A DNA stretch of 64,000 nt, taken from assembly GCA_963795085.1 (NCBI GenBank), contig CAWCFX010000001.1:992001-1056000 (forward strand). Direction: 5' to 3'. This DNA is from an uncultured Gemmatimonadales bacterium (GTDB taxonomy: Bacteria; Gemmatimonadota; Gemmatimonadetes; Gemmatimonadales; GWC2-71-9). The notes under the pieces are model-generated. The model did no database searches and was not told the DNA's origin. It saw only the letters and a list, made by a program, of their open reading frames with translations. Below, piece after piece: positions 38,598-48,366 of the stretch. The position numbers and the translations under genes were made by a program. Position 1 is the first letter of the stretch; each line of letters begins with the position of its first letter.

Positions 38598-40451
38598 AAT
38601 CGGCGGCTGCCCGGTCTGCTGGCGGACCCGCTCGGCTTCCGCTTCCGCCTGGGCAGTGGTCTGGTAGATCTCCGAGCGATAGTCCTTGACGCTGGCCTGG
38701 TCGCGCAGGGCGGCCATGTAGCTCCGGATCCGCTGCTGCCGTTCCTGCCGAATGGCGGTGAAGCGGAGCTCATCGAGCTGGGTGCGGAATGCGGCGCTGT
38801 CCGCATCGGTGTGCGCCAGCACTTCGAGGACATAGATCCCCTCCTCGGTGTCGAGGGGCGCGGAGTGCTCGCCGGCCTTGAGGCCGAAGGCGGCGCCGAT
38901 CAGCTGCGGGTTGGGCAGCGGCGGGTTGACCCGGCTGAAGGGGCCCATCTCCTGGTGCGGAAGGTTGAGGGCCGAGGCCGCCTGCACCAGGGAGCTTCCT
39001 TCCTGAAGTCGCCGGGCGGCATCCTTCGCCATCTCGCGGGCCCGGGTCCATTTTTTCTGGTCCCGCACCGCCGCCTCGACCGCCGGGCGGATGCCGGCCA
39101 GCGGTGGCACGCCGGCCGCCTGGATGCTGTCCAGCCGGAAGAGAAAGTAGGCTTCCGGAATCTCGATGATGCCGCCGATCTCGCCGGTCTGGGCCTGGAA
39201 GGCCCAGATCCCCGCATCGGGCACGACATACCTCCCGACCTGGACCCGGGTACCTTCCTGCACCGGCCCGGTGCGCAGGATGGGGAGGCCCAGGACCCGC
39301 GAGACCGTATCGAGCGCGGCCGGGTCCAGCCGCTCCGCCGCCAATGCCTCCAGGGAGTCCGCCTGCGCGTCGAGCCGGTCCCGGTGGTCGCCGGCAACCT
39401 CGATGGGAACCAGGATGTGGCGGCCGGTGGCCTTGTTCCCGGTTCGCCTGGTCACCTCGATCAGGTGATAGCCGAACTGGGTCAGGACCGGCTGGGACAC
39501 GGTGTTGAGGGGCAGGGAAAAGGCCGCCGAATCGAACTGGGCGTCAAAGTCCCCACGGGTCCATTCGCCCAGGTCGCCGCCCTTGGAGCCGGAGACGGTG
39601 TCGGACGATTCCTGCCGGGCCAGCTCCGCGAAATCCGCCCCGCCGTCCAGCTGCTCCCGGAGGGAGCGCGACCGCTCAAACGCCGCCGTGCTGTCCGACG
39701 GGTTGACCGACCGGGGCAGCGCCACGTAGCTCATGAACCCGGTCCGGCCCCGGCGGAATTCTTCCTGGTGCGCCTGGTAATACTGCTGCACGTCTTCCGG
39801 TGTAAACGACACGAGGGAATCGGCGATGACGGTCCGGGGGACCAGCGCGGCCAGCCGGATCTTGACCGTCTCGTGCTCGTCGCGGTAACTCTCCCAGAGC
39901 GCCGCGTCGGAGAGAAAGACATCGGCGGTCACGACCCGCCAGAGCTTGGCCTGGCGGATCTCGTCGCGGTACTGGGCTTCGAGATAGGGGATGTAGGCCT
40001 GCCCGTTGCTGGACCGGAGCCACTGGTCGTACTTGGCGGGGTCGAACTGGCCGTCGGTCTGAAAGTTGGAGTCCGACATCAGCATCGGCGGGGGGCTGGT
40101 ACGGATCGCCTCGACCACTTCGTCCGCCGTCACCGTGATGTTGTGCCGGTCCATCTCCTGCTGGAGAATGCGGTTCTGGATGAACTGCTCCCAGACCTCG
40201 TTACGGATGCGCTCGATATCCTCGAGGGTGAGCGGCGCGCTGCTTCGCTCCTGCTGCTGCCGGATGGCGTTCTGGACCGCCTCGTCGTACATCCGGGTCT
40301 CGATCCGCTGGCCGTTGATCCGGCCTACCGTGGTCTTGCTGAAGACCCCGGCGCCCCCGGTGATCCCGCTCAAGTCAACCAGCCAGAGTATGAGCATGAC
40401 GCCGAAGAACACGGCGATGAGCTTCGCGCTGTTCCGAAATGCTTGCATCAT
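38595..40451 (-). CDS. PpiD/SurA-like membrane-anchored peptidyl-prolyl isomerase chaperone
   Basis: N-terminal TM, SurA_N region, parvulin motif FAELARQESSD...GGDLG...PVLTQFGYHLIEV. Confidence 0.9.
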   Translation of the reverse strand: MMQAFRNSAKLIAVFFGVMLILWLVDLSGITGGAGVFSKTTVGRINGQRIETRMYDEAVQNAIRQQQERSSAPLTLEDIERIRNEVWEQFIQNRILQQEMDRHNITVTADEVVEAIRTSPPPMLMSDSNFQTDGQFDPAKYDQWLRSSNGQAYIPYLEAQYRDEIRQAKLWRVVTADVFLSDAALWESYRDEHETVKIRLAALVPRTVIADSLVSFTPEDVQQYYQAHQEEFRRGRTGFMSYVALPRSVNPSDSTAAFERSRSLREQLDGGADFAELARQESSDTVSGSKGGDLGEWTRGDFDAQFDSAAFSLPLNTVSQPVLTQFGYHLIEVTRRTGNKATGRHILVPIEVAGDHRDRLDAQADSLEALAAERLDPAALDTVSRVLGLPILRTGPVQEGTRVQVGRYVVPDAGIWAFQAQTGEIGGIIEIPEAYFLFRLDSIQAAGVPPLAGIRPAVEAAVRDQKKWTRAREMAKDAARRLQEGSSLVQAASALNLPHQEMGPFSRVNPPLPNPQLIGAAFGLKAGEHSAPLDTEEGIYVLEVLAHTDADSAAFRTQLDELRFTAIRQERQQRIRSYMAALRDQASVKDYRSEIYQTTAQAEAEAERVRQQTGQPPI

Positions 40452-40613
40452 AACGAGTAAACCGGCCTCCAGCTGGAGTGGGAAGAGCCGCGAAGTGTAA
40501 GGGCGGAGGGCGCGATTCTCAAGCCGACCCCGGGGCTTCGATCCCCCGCCAGGGCCCTCGCCAGCGGTGCGGGAGGGCCGGATCAGGTCCCGCCCAACCC
40601 GGCTCCGCAGCGG

Positions 40614-40642
40614 TTGACAGTGGAACTCTGGATTGCTACGTT
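40614..40642 (+). promoter_or_regulatory. sigma70-type promoter of the TPR-aroQ-...-ftsK run
   Basis: TTGACA-N17-TACGTT with TG extension. Confidence 0.65.
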
Positions 40643-40681
40643 TACTCTAATTCTGACAACAACTTAGCTCACGGGACCCGG

Positions 40682-42505
40682 ATGGCCTACACCAGCGAGA
40701 TCGACAAGCTCGAGCGGCGCCACAGGGAGAATCCCGAAGGTCGAACATTTGCCCCGCTGGCCGATGCCTATCGCAAGGCGGGCGACCTTCCTCGCGCGCT
40801 GGAAGTGCTCAAGGCCGGCCTTGCCCACCATCCCGACTATCTCTCCGCCAGCATCGTCCTCGGCCGCTGTCACCTCGACCTTGGCGACCTCGCCTCCGCC
40901 GAGGCGGCGTTTCGCCGGGTCCTGGAACTCGACAAGGAAAACGTTATCGCGATCAAGGCCCTGGCCGATATCACCGAGCGGCAGGCCCGGTTCGACGAGT
41001 CCGAACACTGGCTCAATTACCTGCTCTCCATAGACGGGAGCAACGAGGACGCCCGCCAGCAACTGCACCGTCTCGCCGGTGTCCGGGACCAGCATTCCCA
41101 ACTGCACTCGCCGCTGGAGGCCCCCCCCGAAGCCGGCACCGAGGTCGAGAGCGAGTCCGGCGCGGAGCCGGCGACGCCGACCGTGCCGGTCGAGGCGGTG
41201 ACGGCAGGCGGGGCCGCCGCCGGGGAGGACCTCGCCGGTCTCGACATTCCCGCGCTGGACGAGCCGGAGTCGATGGAAACCGTCGAGATCCCTCCGCCCG
41301 CGCCGGTGGCCGCGCTGGATACCGATGCCCTCGATGCCGCGATCGAGGAGCTCGACTTCGCCGCCTACCAGCCCCGGAGCGGGGCCGAGGATCGGCCGGA
41401 GGACCGCGAAGACCCAGAATCAGCAGAGCGGACGGCGCCCGCTGTTCCCGAGTTTCTGCTGCAGGAGGATCCCATGGCCGGGCCGGTATCCGTCTCCGCG
41501 GAATTCGACGTGGGGGTCGAGCGGCACGAGGAGATCGTCCTGCGTCCCTCCGCCACCTCCGAATTCCAGGCGCCCAGCGACGCCGAATTACTGGACGGTT
41601 CCCGGGGTGCCGGCAGCTATCCGCCGTCCTTCGAAGAAGAGGACACCCTGCCCGGCATGCCCGCCCTCTCGGAGACCGCGGAGGGATCCTTCTCCGAACC
41701 GGCGGAGCCCATGGCGGCGCCCGCCTGGCAGACAGCGGAAGCATCCTTCCCTGAGCCGGCCGAGCCCGTGGCGGCGGTAACCGCCGAGGCATTGTGGCAG
41801 AGCCACCCCGAGGATTCCACCGGCGAACCCGCAAGCGAGCCGGTGGGCACTGCGTTCACTGAGTCCGGCGGCGACGCCCCGCCGGAAGCCGAACTCGGCG
41901 GGCCGCTGGTCACCGAGACGATCGGGGACGTGTATGCCGCACAGGGCCACCACGGCCCGGCCCTCGACGTCTATCGGGAACTGCTGCGCCGCTCTCCGGC
42001 GGATGCCCGGCTGGCCGAAAAGATCGCGTCCCTGGAGAGCCGCCAGCCGGCCGCCGCCGCTTCGGCGGCCCAGGGCTTTGCCGCCGCGGATACCGGCGGC
42101 CAATCGGTCCTGAGCTACTTCGGAGACCTGCTCTCCTCCCGTCTCCCGGAGAGCAACGGCGCCCCGGCTCCCGCGCCGGAATCGGCGCCACCCCCCGCCG
42201 GTGCGCCGGTTTCGGCCGGCTTCATGGAGGAGGCGTTCCGGGCCGACGAGGAGTCGGTGGGCGGGGAGCCGACCCGGCCGGCCAGCGGCCCGCTGACGCT
42301 CAGCGCGATCTTCGGCGAGGATTCGTCGCCGGTGCCGCCGGTGGTGTCCGGTCCCGAAGGCGAGCAGTCCGCGGCGGGCCCGTCGCACTTCGACGAGTTC
42401 TTCGGTGAGGCCGGTTCGACGATCCGGGGCCGGGGGTCGCGCCGGGATTCCGACCAGGACGACCTCGACCAATTCCACAAGTGGCTGAAGGGTCTCAAGC
42501 GCTGA
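40682..42505 (+). CDS. TPR protein with long acidic low-complexity linker
   Basis: FAPLADAYRKAG...HPDYLSA..LGRC TPRs; LVTETIGDVYAAQGH; C-terminal DLDQFHKWLKGLK. Confidence 0.8.
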   Translation: MAYTSEIDKLERRHRENPEGRTFAPLADAYRKAGDLPRALEVLKAGLAHHPDYLSASIVLGRCHLDLGDLASAEAAFRRVLELDKENVIAIKALADITERQARFDESEHWLNYLLSIDGSNEDARQQLHRLAGVRDQHSQLHSPLEAPPEAGTEVESESGAEPATPTVPVEAVTAGGAAAGEDLAGLDIPALDEPESMETVEIPPPAPVAALDTDALDAAIEELDFAAYQPRSGAEDRPEDREDPESAERTAPAVPEFLLQEDPMAGPVSVSAEFDVGVERHEEIVLRPSATSEFQAPSDAELLDGSRGAGSYPPSFEEEDTLPGMPALSETAEGSFSEPAEPMAAPAWQTAEASFPEPAEPVAAVTAEALWQSHPEDSTGEPASEPVGTAFTESGGDAPPEAELGGPLVTETIGDVYAAQGHHGPALDVYRELLRRSPADARLAEKIASLESRQPAAAASAAQGFAAADTGGQSVLSYFGDLLSSRLPESNGAPAPAPESAPPPAGAPVSAGFMEEAFRADEESVGGEPTRPASGPLTLSAIFGEDSSPVPPVVSGPEGEQSAAGPSHFDEFFGEAGSTIRGRGSRRDSDQDDLDQFHKWLKGLKR

Positions 42506-42940
42506 ATGCTCGTGGCGGTGCTGAACGGACCCAACCTCAACCTGCTCGGGATCCGGGAGCCGGAGATCTACGGCTCCACCTCCCTGGGCGAGATCGAAGC
42601 CATGGTGCGAGCCGAGGCCCTCCGGCTGGGCCTCGATCTCGAGTGGAGCCAGACTAACCACGAAGGCGAATTCATCGAGACGGTCCACGGCTGGCAGGGC
42701 CGGGTGGCCGGAGCCCTGGTCAATGCCGCCGCCCTCACCCACACCAGCCTCGCCGTGCGCGATGCCTTCCTCGCGGTGCGGCCGGTCTTCGTGGAGGTCC
42801 ACCTTTCAAACATCTTTGCCCGGGAGCCGGAACGCCGGCACTCGGTCCTGGCCGATCTCGCCGTGGGCCTCGTCGCCGGGTTCGGTCCCCGGAGTTACCT
42901 GCTCGGCCTCCAGGCGCTCGCTGGCCGCCTCCGTGGCTGA
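42506..42940 (+). CDS. aroQ: Type II 3-dehydroquinate dehydratase
   Basis: LNGPNLNLLGIREPEIYG, NHEG, EVHLSNIFARE. Confidence 0.96.
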   Translation: MLVAVLNGPNLNLLGIREPEIYGSTSLGEIEAMVRAEALRLGLDLEWSQTNHEGEFIETVHGWQGRVAGALVNAAALTHTSLAVRDAFLAVRPVFVEVHLSNIFAREPERRHSVLADLAVGLVAGFGPRSYLLGLQALAGRLRG

Positions 42941-44015
42941 CCGGCGCGGTGAGCGGCAGGCGGCGCTGCGCGCCTCGTTTACCGCGCAGGGGATGGGCGG
43001 CGTCCTGCTCCAGCACCTGCCGAACATCCGGTATCTCACCGGCTTCACCGGGACGGCGGCCCTCCTGCTGGTGCGGCCCGAGGATGCCGTGCTGATTTCC
43101 GATTTCCGGTACGCGGTGCAGGCGGAGCAGGAGGTCGGCGCGGTCGCCCGGGTGGAGATCGACTCGGTGAGCGTGTGGGACCGGCTCCGGAAGCTGCTCG
43201 CCGATTCCGGGGTGGAGGTCCTGGGATACGAGTCTCACGTCGCCACCGTGCGCGACCTCGAACGGCTGGCCGGGCTCCGCAGCCGGCTGGTGCCGGCCGG
43301 CGACCTGGTGGAGCGGCTCCGGGCGACCAAGTCCCCGGAGGAGATCGCGGCCATTCGGGCGGCCGCCGCCCTGGCCGAGTCGGCGCTGGCCGAGAGCCTG
43401 GACGGGATCCGGGCGGGACAGACCGAGTACGAAGTGGCCGCGATCCTGGAGGCCGCGCTGCGCCGGCGGGGCAGCGAGTGGCATCCGTTCCCGACCATCG
43501 TCGCCTCGGGGCCCCGGTCGGCGCTGCCGCATGCGCGGACCAGCGAACGCACCCTGGGACCGGGCGACTGGCTGCTGCTCGATTTCGGCGCCCGGGTAGA
43601 TGGGTACTGCGCCGACCTGACCCGGACGTTCGTGGTGGGCGCCGTGCCGGACAGCCGGCAGCAGGCGACCTACCAGCTGGTGCGGGCCGCCCAGGAGCGT
43701 GCCGTGGCCCAGCTCCGGGCCGGCATGTCGGGCCGGCAGGGCGATGCCCTGGCCCGGGATCTTATCGCCGAGCGGGGTTTCGGCGCGGCGTTCGGGCACT
43801 CCCTTGGCCACGGACTGGGGCTGGAAGTCCATGAGGCGCCACGGCTTTCGGCCCTTTCCGAGGACCCGCTGCCGGAGGCGGCCGTAGTCACAGTCGAGCC
43901 GGGGATCTATTTTCCAGGCTGGGGCGGGGTCCGGCTGGAAGAGGACGTCCTGCTTCGGGGCGAGGGAGCCGAACTGCTCTCCAGCGGCCCCACCGATCTC
44001 ATCGCGCTGCGCTGA
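42933..44015 (+). CDS. Xaa-Pro aminopeptidase (M24B)
   Basis: DFGA...GYCADLTRT, HSLGHGLGLEVHEAP, TVEPGIY..GGVRLEED. Confidence 0.92.
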   Translation: MADRRGERQAALRASFTAQGMGGVLLQHLPNIRYLTGFTGTAALLLVRPEDAVLISDFRYAVQAEQEVGAVARVEIDSVSVWDRLRKLLADSGVEVLGYESHVATVRDLERLAGLRSRLVPAGDLVERLRATKSPEEIAAIRAAAALAESALAESLDGIRAGQTEYEVAAILEAALRRRGSEWHPFPTIVASGPRSALPHARTSERTLGPGDWLLLDFGARVDGYCADLTRTFVVGAVPDSRQQATYQLVRAAQERAVAQLRAGMSGRQGDALARDLIAERGFGAAFGHSLGHGLGLEVHEAPRLSALSEDPLPEAAVVTVEPGIYFPGWGGVRLEEDVLLRGEGAELLSSGPTDLIALR

Positions 44016-44048
44016 GACCATTGCCGTAACATCCGAGACGAGGAACGC

Positions 44049-44609
44049 ATGGCCACAACCGCAGACTTCAGGAACGGTCTGGTGCTGGAAATTGATGGAC
44101 AATTGTACCAGATGACGTACTTTCAGCATGTCAAACCGGGGAAGGGCGGTGCCTTCGTCCGGACCAAGCTCAAGAACGTGCGCACCGGCCTGGTGCTGGA
44201 GCGGACCTTCAACGCCGGCGAGCGGGTGACCGACGTGCGGCTGGAACGGCGGCCCATCCAGTTCTCCTACGCGGACGGCCATTTCTACCATTTCATGGAC
44301 CAGCAGACGTTCGACGACATCCTCATTACCGACGAGATCATCGGCGAGGACCAGCTCCGGTATCTCAAGGAAGGCATGGAGTGCGAAGGGCTGGTGTACA
44401 AGGACACGGTCATTCTGGTGGATCTTCCCGTGTTCGTGGAGCTGGCGGTCACCCGGACCGACCCGGGCTTTCGCGGCGATACCGCCACCGGCGGGACCAA
44501 GCCGGCCACGCTGGAAACGGGCGCCACCGTGCAGGTGCCCCTGTTCATTGAGGAGGGCCAGGTGATTCGAGTGGATCGGCGCGAAGACAAGTACCTTACC
44601 CGCGTATGA
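44049..44609 (+). CDS. efp: Elongation factor P
   Basis: HVKPGKGGAFVRTK, PGFRGDT, KPATLETG..VQVPLFI. Confidence 0.97.
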   Translation: MATTADFRNGLVLEIDGQLYQMTYFQHVKPGKGGAFVRTKLKNVRTGLVLERTFNAGERVTDVRLERRPIQFSYADGHFYHFMDQQTFDDILITDEIIGEDQLRYLKEGMECEGLVYKDTVILVDLPVFVELAVTRTDPGFRGDTATGGTKPATLETGATVQVPLFIEEGQVIRVDRREDKYLTRV

Positions 44610-45088
44610 ACCTTTCAGAAATGGAACGGCTGATCCGCCTGCTCCGGGAATCGCCCGAGGTCGGATCCATCGAGATCAAGGGCTGGTTCGGCCGGGGCGT
44701 AATCGTGACCCGGAACGGCAACGGCGCGGCCCCGATGTACGCCATGCCGGCCCCGACGGCCGCTCCCCCGCCGCCGGCGCCCGCCGATGGCCACCGGGAG
44801 CCGGCCCGGGCCGAAACCCCCGCACCCGCAGCGCCGGCGATCCCGCTCAAGGAGATCAAGTCGCCCATGGTGGGGACCTTCTACAAGGCCCCCGAGCCGG
44901 GTGCCGAGTCCTACGTCAAGGTGGGGTCGCGGGTGGCGGCGGGACAGACGGTGTGCATCATCGAAGCCATGAAGATCATGAACGAAATCGAAGCGGAGAT
45001 CTCCGGCGTGGTGCGGGAGATCTGCGTGGAGGATACCCAGCCGGTCGAGTTTGGCACCGTTCTCTATCGGGTCGATCCCCATGGCTGA
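44606..45088 (+). CDS. accB: Biotin carboxyl carrier protein
   Basis: SPMVGTFY, IIEAMKIMNEI. Confidence 0.96.
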   Translation: MNLSEMERLIRLLRESPEVGSIEIKGWFGRGVIVTRNGNGAAPMYAMPAPTAAPPPPAPADGHREPARAETPAPAAPAIPLKEIKSPMVGTFYKAPEPGAESYVKVGSRVAAGQTVCIIEAMKIMNEIEAEISGVVREICVEDTQPVEFGTVLYRVDPHG

Positions 45089-46268
45089 TCCCACACCCGG
45101 CCCGGCCGGCCAGGCGCCGTTCAACTTCAAGCAGGCCATCTCCCAGATGGTCCAGCGGCACGGCTCCGACCTGCTGCTCAAGGTGGGCCGCGCGCCCACC
45201 GTGCGGGTCAACGGCGATCTGACCCCCCTCGGCATGCAGCCGCTCAAGCCGGAGGACCTCAAGCTGCTGGCCGAGCAGATCATGACGCCGCGGCAGGTGA
45301 AGGAGTTCTCCGAGAAGAAAGAAGCGGACTTCGCCATCGGGGTGCCCGGGGTGGGGCGGTTCCGGACCAACATCTACCAGCAGCGGGGCACCCTCGCCTT
45401 TGCCTTCCGGGCCATCCCGTACGAGGTCAAGACGATCCGGGAACTGATGCTCCCCGAGGTCCTGGAAGAGATCGCGTTGCGGCCCCGGGGCCTGGTCCTC
45501 GTCACCGGCGTCACCGGCTCGGGCAAGTCCACCTGCCTTGCCGCGATGATCAACCATGTCAACCACCACCGCCGGGTCAACATCATCACCATCGAAGACC
45601 CGATCGAGTTTCTCCACCGGGACGTGCAGGCCAACATCTCCCAGCGCGAAGTGGGCAGCGATACGCTGTCGTTCGGGATGGCCCTGCGGCACGTGCTCCG
45701 GCAGGATCCCGACGTCATCCTGATCGGCGAGATCCGGGACATGGAAACCCTGGACACCGCCCTCAAGGCCGCCGACACCGGCCACCTGGTCTTCTCGACC
45801 CTGCATACCACCGACGCGACCCAGACCATCAACCGGGTCATCTCGTTCTATCCGCCGCACCAGCACCAGGAAATCCGTTCGCTGCTTTCCACCGCGCTGC
45901 AGGCGGTGATCTGCCTCCGGCTGGTCCCCCGGGCCGACGGGAAGGGCCGGGTGGCGGCCTCGGAAGTCCTGATCAACTCGGCGGCGGTGGCCGACAATAT
46001 CCGGGACATCGAAAAGGCGCTCAACATTCCCGACCTGATCTCCGAGGGCACCGTCTCCTACGGCATGCAGTCGTTCGACCAGTCCCTGATGAAGTGGTAC
46101 AAGGACAAGGTGATCTCCTACGAGAGCGCGCTGTTCTATTCGTCCAACCCGAGCGAGTTCGCGCTCCGGGCCAGCGGCATCGATTCGGCGTCCGACCGCA
46201 CCTTCAGCGAAATCGCGGGCAGCCCGAAGCAGGGGACCGGGGACATGTCCAACCAGTTCCAGCCCTGA
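45081..46268 (+). CDS. PilT/PilU-family type IV pilus retraction ATPase
   Basis: [51 protein letters not shown]. Confidence 0.93.
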   Translation: MADPTPGPAGQAPFNFKQAISQMVQRHGSDLLLKVGRAPTVRVNGDLTPLGMQPLKPEDLKLLAEQIMTPRQVKEFSEKKEADFAIGVPGVGRFRTNIYQQRGTLAFAFRAIPYEVKTIRELMLPEVLEEIALRPRGLVLVTGVTGSGKSTCLAAMINHVNHHRRVNIITIEDPIEFLHRDVQANISQREVGSDTLSFGMALRHVLRQDPDVILIGEIRDMETLDTALKAADTGHLVFSTLHTTDATQTINRVISFYPPHQHQEIRSLLSTALQAVICLRLVPRADGKGRVAASEVLINSAAVADNIRDIEKALNIPDLISEGTVSYGMQSFDQSLMKWYKDKVISYESALFYSSNPSEFALRASGIDSASDRTFSEIAGSPKQGTGDMSNQFQP

Positions 46269-47626
46269 TGTTCAACAAGGTCCTGATCGCCAACCGCGGG
46301 GAAATCGCCCTGCGGATCATTCGAGCCTGCCGCGAACTGGGAGTCCAGACGGTCGCCGTGTACAGCGAGGCGGACCGGGAATCGCTGCACGTGCGCTTCG
46401 CGGACGACGACGTCTGCATTGGCCCCCCGCCCAGCCGGCAGTCCTACCTGCGGATTCCCAACCTGATCGCCGCCGCCGAGATTACCGGGGCCGATGCCAT
46501 CCATCCCGGCTACGGGTTCCTGGCCGAGAACGCCGATTTCGCGGATACCTGCAAGAGCTCCAACATCGTGTTCATCGGCCCCACCGGCGAGCAGATCCGC
46601 CAGATGGGCGACAAGGCCACCGCCCGGCGGCTGGCCAAGGAGGCCGGCGTGCCGACGGTGCCCGGCTCCGCCGATACCCTGGACGACCTGGATGAGGCGC
46701 TCGCCATCGCCGGCGAGATCGGGTACCCGGTGATCATCAAGGCGACCGCGGGCGGGGGCGGGAAGGGGATGCGGATCGCCCTGGACGCCGAACAGTTCGC
46801 CCAGGTATTCAACCTGGCCCAGAACGAGGCACTGGCGGCCTTCGGCAACGGGGCCGTGTACGTCGAGAAATACCTGGCCCGGCCACGGCACGTGGAGATC
46901 CAGGTCATGGGCGACAACCATGGCCGGGTCACCCACCTCGGCGAGCGCGATTGCTCGGTGCAGCGCCGGCACCAGAAGCTGATCGAGGAAAGCCCCAGCC
47001 CCGCCCTCACCCCGGAGCTGCGCCGCCGGATGGGGGACGCGGCGGTCAAGCTGGCCTCGGCCATCGGCTACTCCGGCGCCGGCACCATCGAGTTCCTGCT
47101 GGATAGCGACGGCTCGTTCTATTTCATGGAAATGAACACCCGGATCCAGGTGGAGCACCCGGTGACCGAGATGGTCACCAGCTTTGATCTGGTCAAGGAG
47201 CAGATCCGGGTCGCGTCGGGCGAACCCCTCAGCTTCAAGGGTGACGGCAGCCGCCTGCGGGGCCACGCCATCGAATGCCGGGTGAACGCGGAAGATCCCT
47301 ACCGGAACTTTCAGCCCTCGCCCGGCCACATCACCGCGTACCACCCTCCCGGCGGCCCCGGGGTGCGGGTGGACAGCCACGTTTACGCCGGGTACACGGT
47401 CCCGCCGTACTATGATTCCCTGCTGGCCAAGGTCATCGTCCACGGCAACACCCGGGAAGAGGCGCTGGGCCGGATGGGCCAGGCGCTCGACAGTTTTATC
47501 CTCGAGGGAGTGACCACCACCATCCCCTTCCTGGCCCGGGTCATCCGCCACCCGGACTTCGCCGCCGGAGAGGTGGACACCAAGTTCCTGGAGCGGGAAT
47601 CCCACCTCTTACGGCCCGAAGCATGA
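46268..47626 (+). CDS. accC: Biotin carboxylase
   Basis: [45 protein letters not shown]. Confidence 0.97.
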   Translation: MFNKVLIANRGEIALRIIRACRELGVQTVAVYSEADRESLHVRFADDDVCIGPPPSRQSYLRIPNLIAAAEITGADAIHPGYGFLAENADFADTCKSSNIVFIGPTGEQIRQMGDKATARRLAKEAGVPTVPGSADTLDDLDEALAIAGEIGYPVIIKATAGGGGKGMRIALDAEQFAQVFNLAQNEALAAFGNGAVYVEKYLARPRHVEIQVMGDNHGRVTHLGERDCSVQRRHQKLIEESPSPALTPELRRRMGDAAVKLASAIGYSGAGTIEFLLDSDGSFYFMEMNTRIQVEHPVTEMVTSFDLVKEQIRVASGEPLSFKGDGSRLRGHAIECRVNAEDPYRNFQPSPGHITAYHPPGGPGVRVDSHVYAGYTVPPYYDSLLAKVIVHGNTREEALGRMGQALDSFILEGVTTTIPFLARVIRHPDFAAGEVDTKFLERESHLLRPEA

Positions 47627-48366
47627 GCCTCGACATCGTGTTTACTCCCCTCGGTCTCACCACCACGGAGACCGGGGGCCGGTCGGTGTTCGTGATCGAT
47701 ATTCTCCGGGCCACCACCACCATGTGTGCCGCCCTCTCGGCCGGGGCCCGGGCCATTATCCCGGTGGGCTCCACCGAAGAAGCGCTGAAGCTGAAGCAGA
47801 GCCTGGGGAGCGGCGACGTCCTCCTGGCGGGCGAGCAGAATTGTGTCCGGATTCCCGGCTTTGAGCTGGGCAACAGTCCCGGCGAGATGACCGGCGAGGC
47901 GGTGCGGGGCCGGGTGGTGGTCATGCGCACCACCAACGGCACCCGGGCCCTGATGGGAATCCAGGGCGCGGCGGCGATCTATCCCGCGGCCGCGGCCAAC
48001 CTGGGCCTGGTGGGCGAAAAGGCGCGGGAGATCTATGAGCGGGACCAGGATATCCTGATCGTGTGCAGCGGACGGGAGAACTCGTTCTCCCTGGATGATG
48101 CCTACTGTGCCGGCCGGCTGGCGGTCGCCGCCATGGGCGGCCGCCGCCGGTCCAAGGGCCTCAACGACGCGGCCCTCGCCGCGCTCGACCTGGTGCGGCG
48201 CTACGGCGACCGCTGGGACCGCCCGCTCCGCGCCAGCCGTGCCGGCCGGGAACTGGTCAAGCTGGGCTTCGGCCAGGACGTCGAAGACGCCAGCCGGCCC
48301 GATGCCTACCCGGTGCTGGCCCACTACACCGACCGGCGGGTCACCGCCCTGGCACCCGCGGCATGA
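47623..48366 (+). CDS. comB: 2-phosphosulfolactate phosphatase family
   Basis: [12 protein letters not shown].....[22 protein letters not shown]. Confidence 0.88.
   Translation: MSLDIVFTPLGLTTTETGGRSVFVIDILRATTTMCAALSAGARAIIPVGSTEEALKLKQSLGSGDVLLAGEQNCVRIPGFELGNSPGEMTGEAVRGRVVVMRTTNGTRALMGIQGAAAIYPAAAANLGLVGEKAREIYERDQDILIVCSGRENSFSLDDAYCAGRLAVAAMGGRRRSKGLNDAALAALDLVRRYGDRWDRPLRASRAGRELVKLGFGQDVEDASRPDAYPVLAHYTDRRVTALAPAA

Noticed and set aside
40495..40570. tRNA-like T-loop (GGGGCTTCGATCCCC)
   Set aside because: I could not build a cloverleaf (no acceptor stem, D-arm or CCA); tRNAscan-SE would settle it
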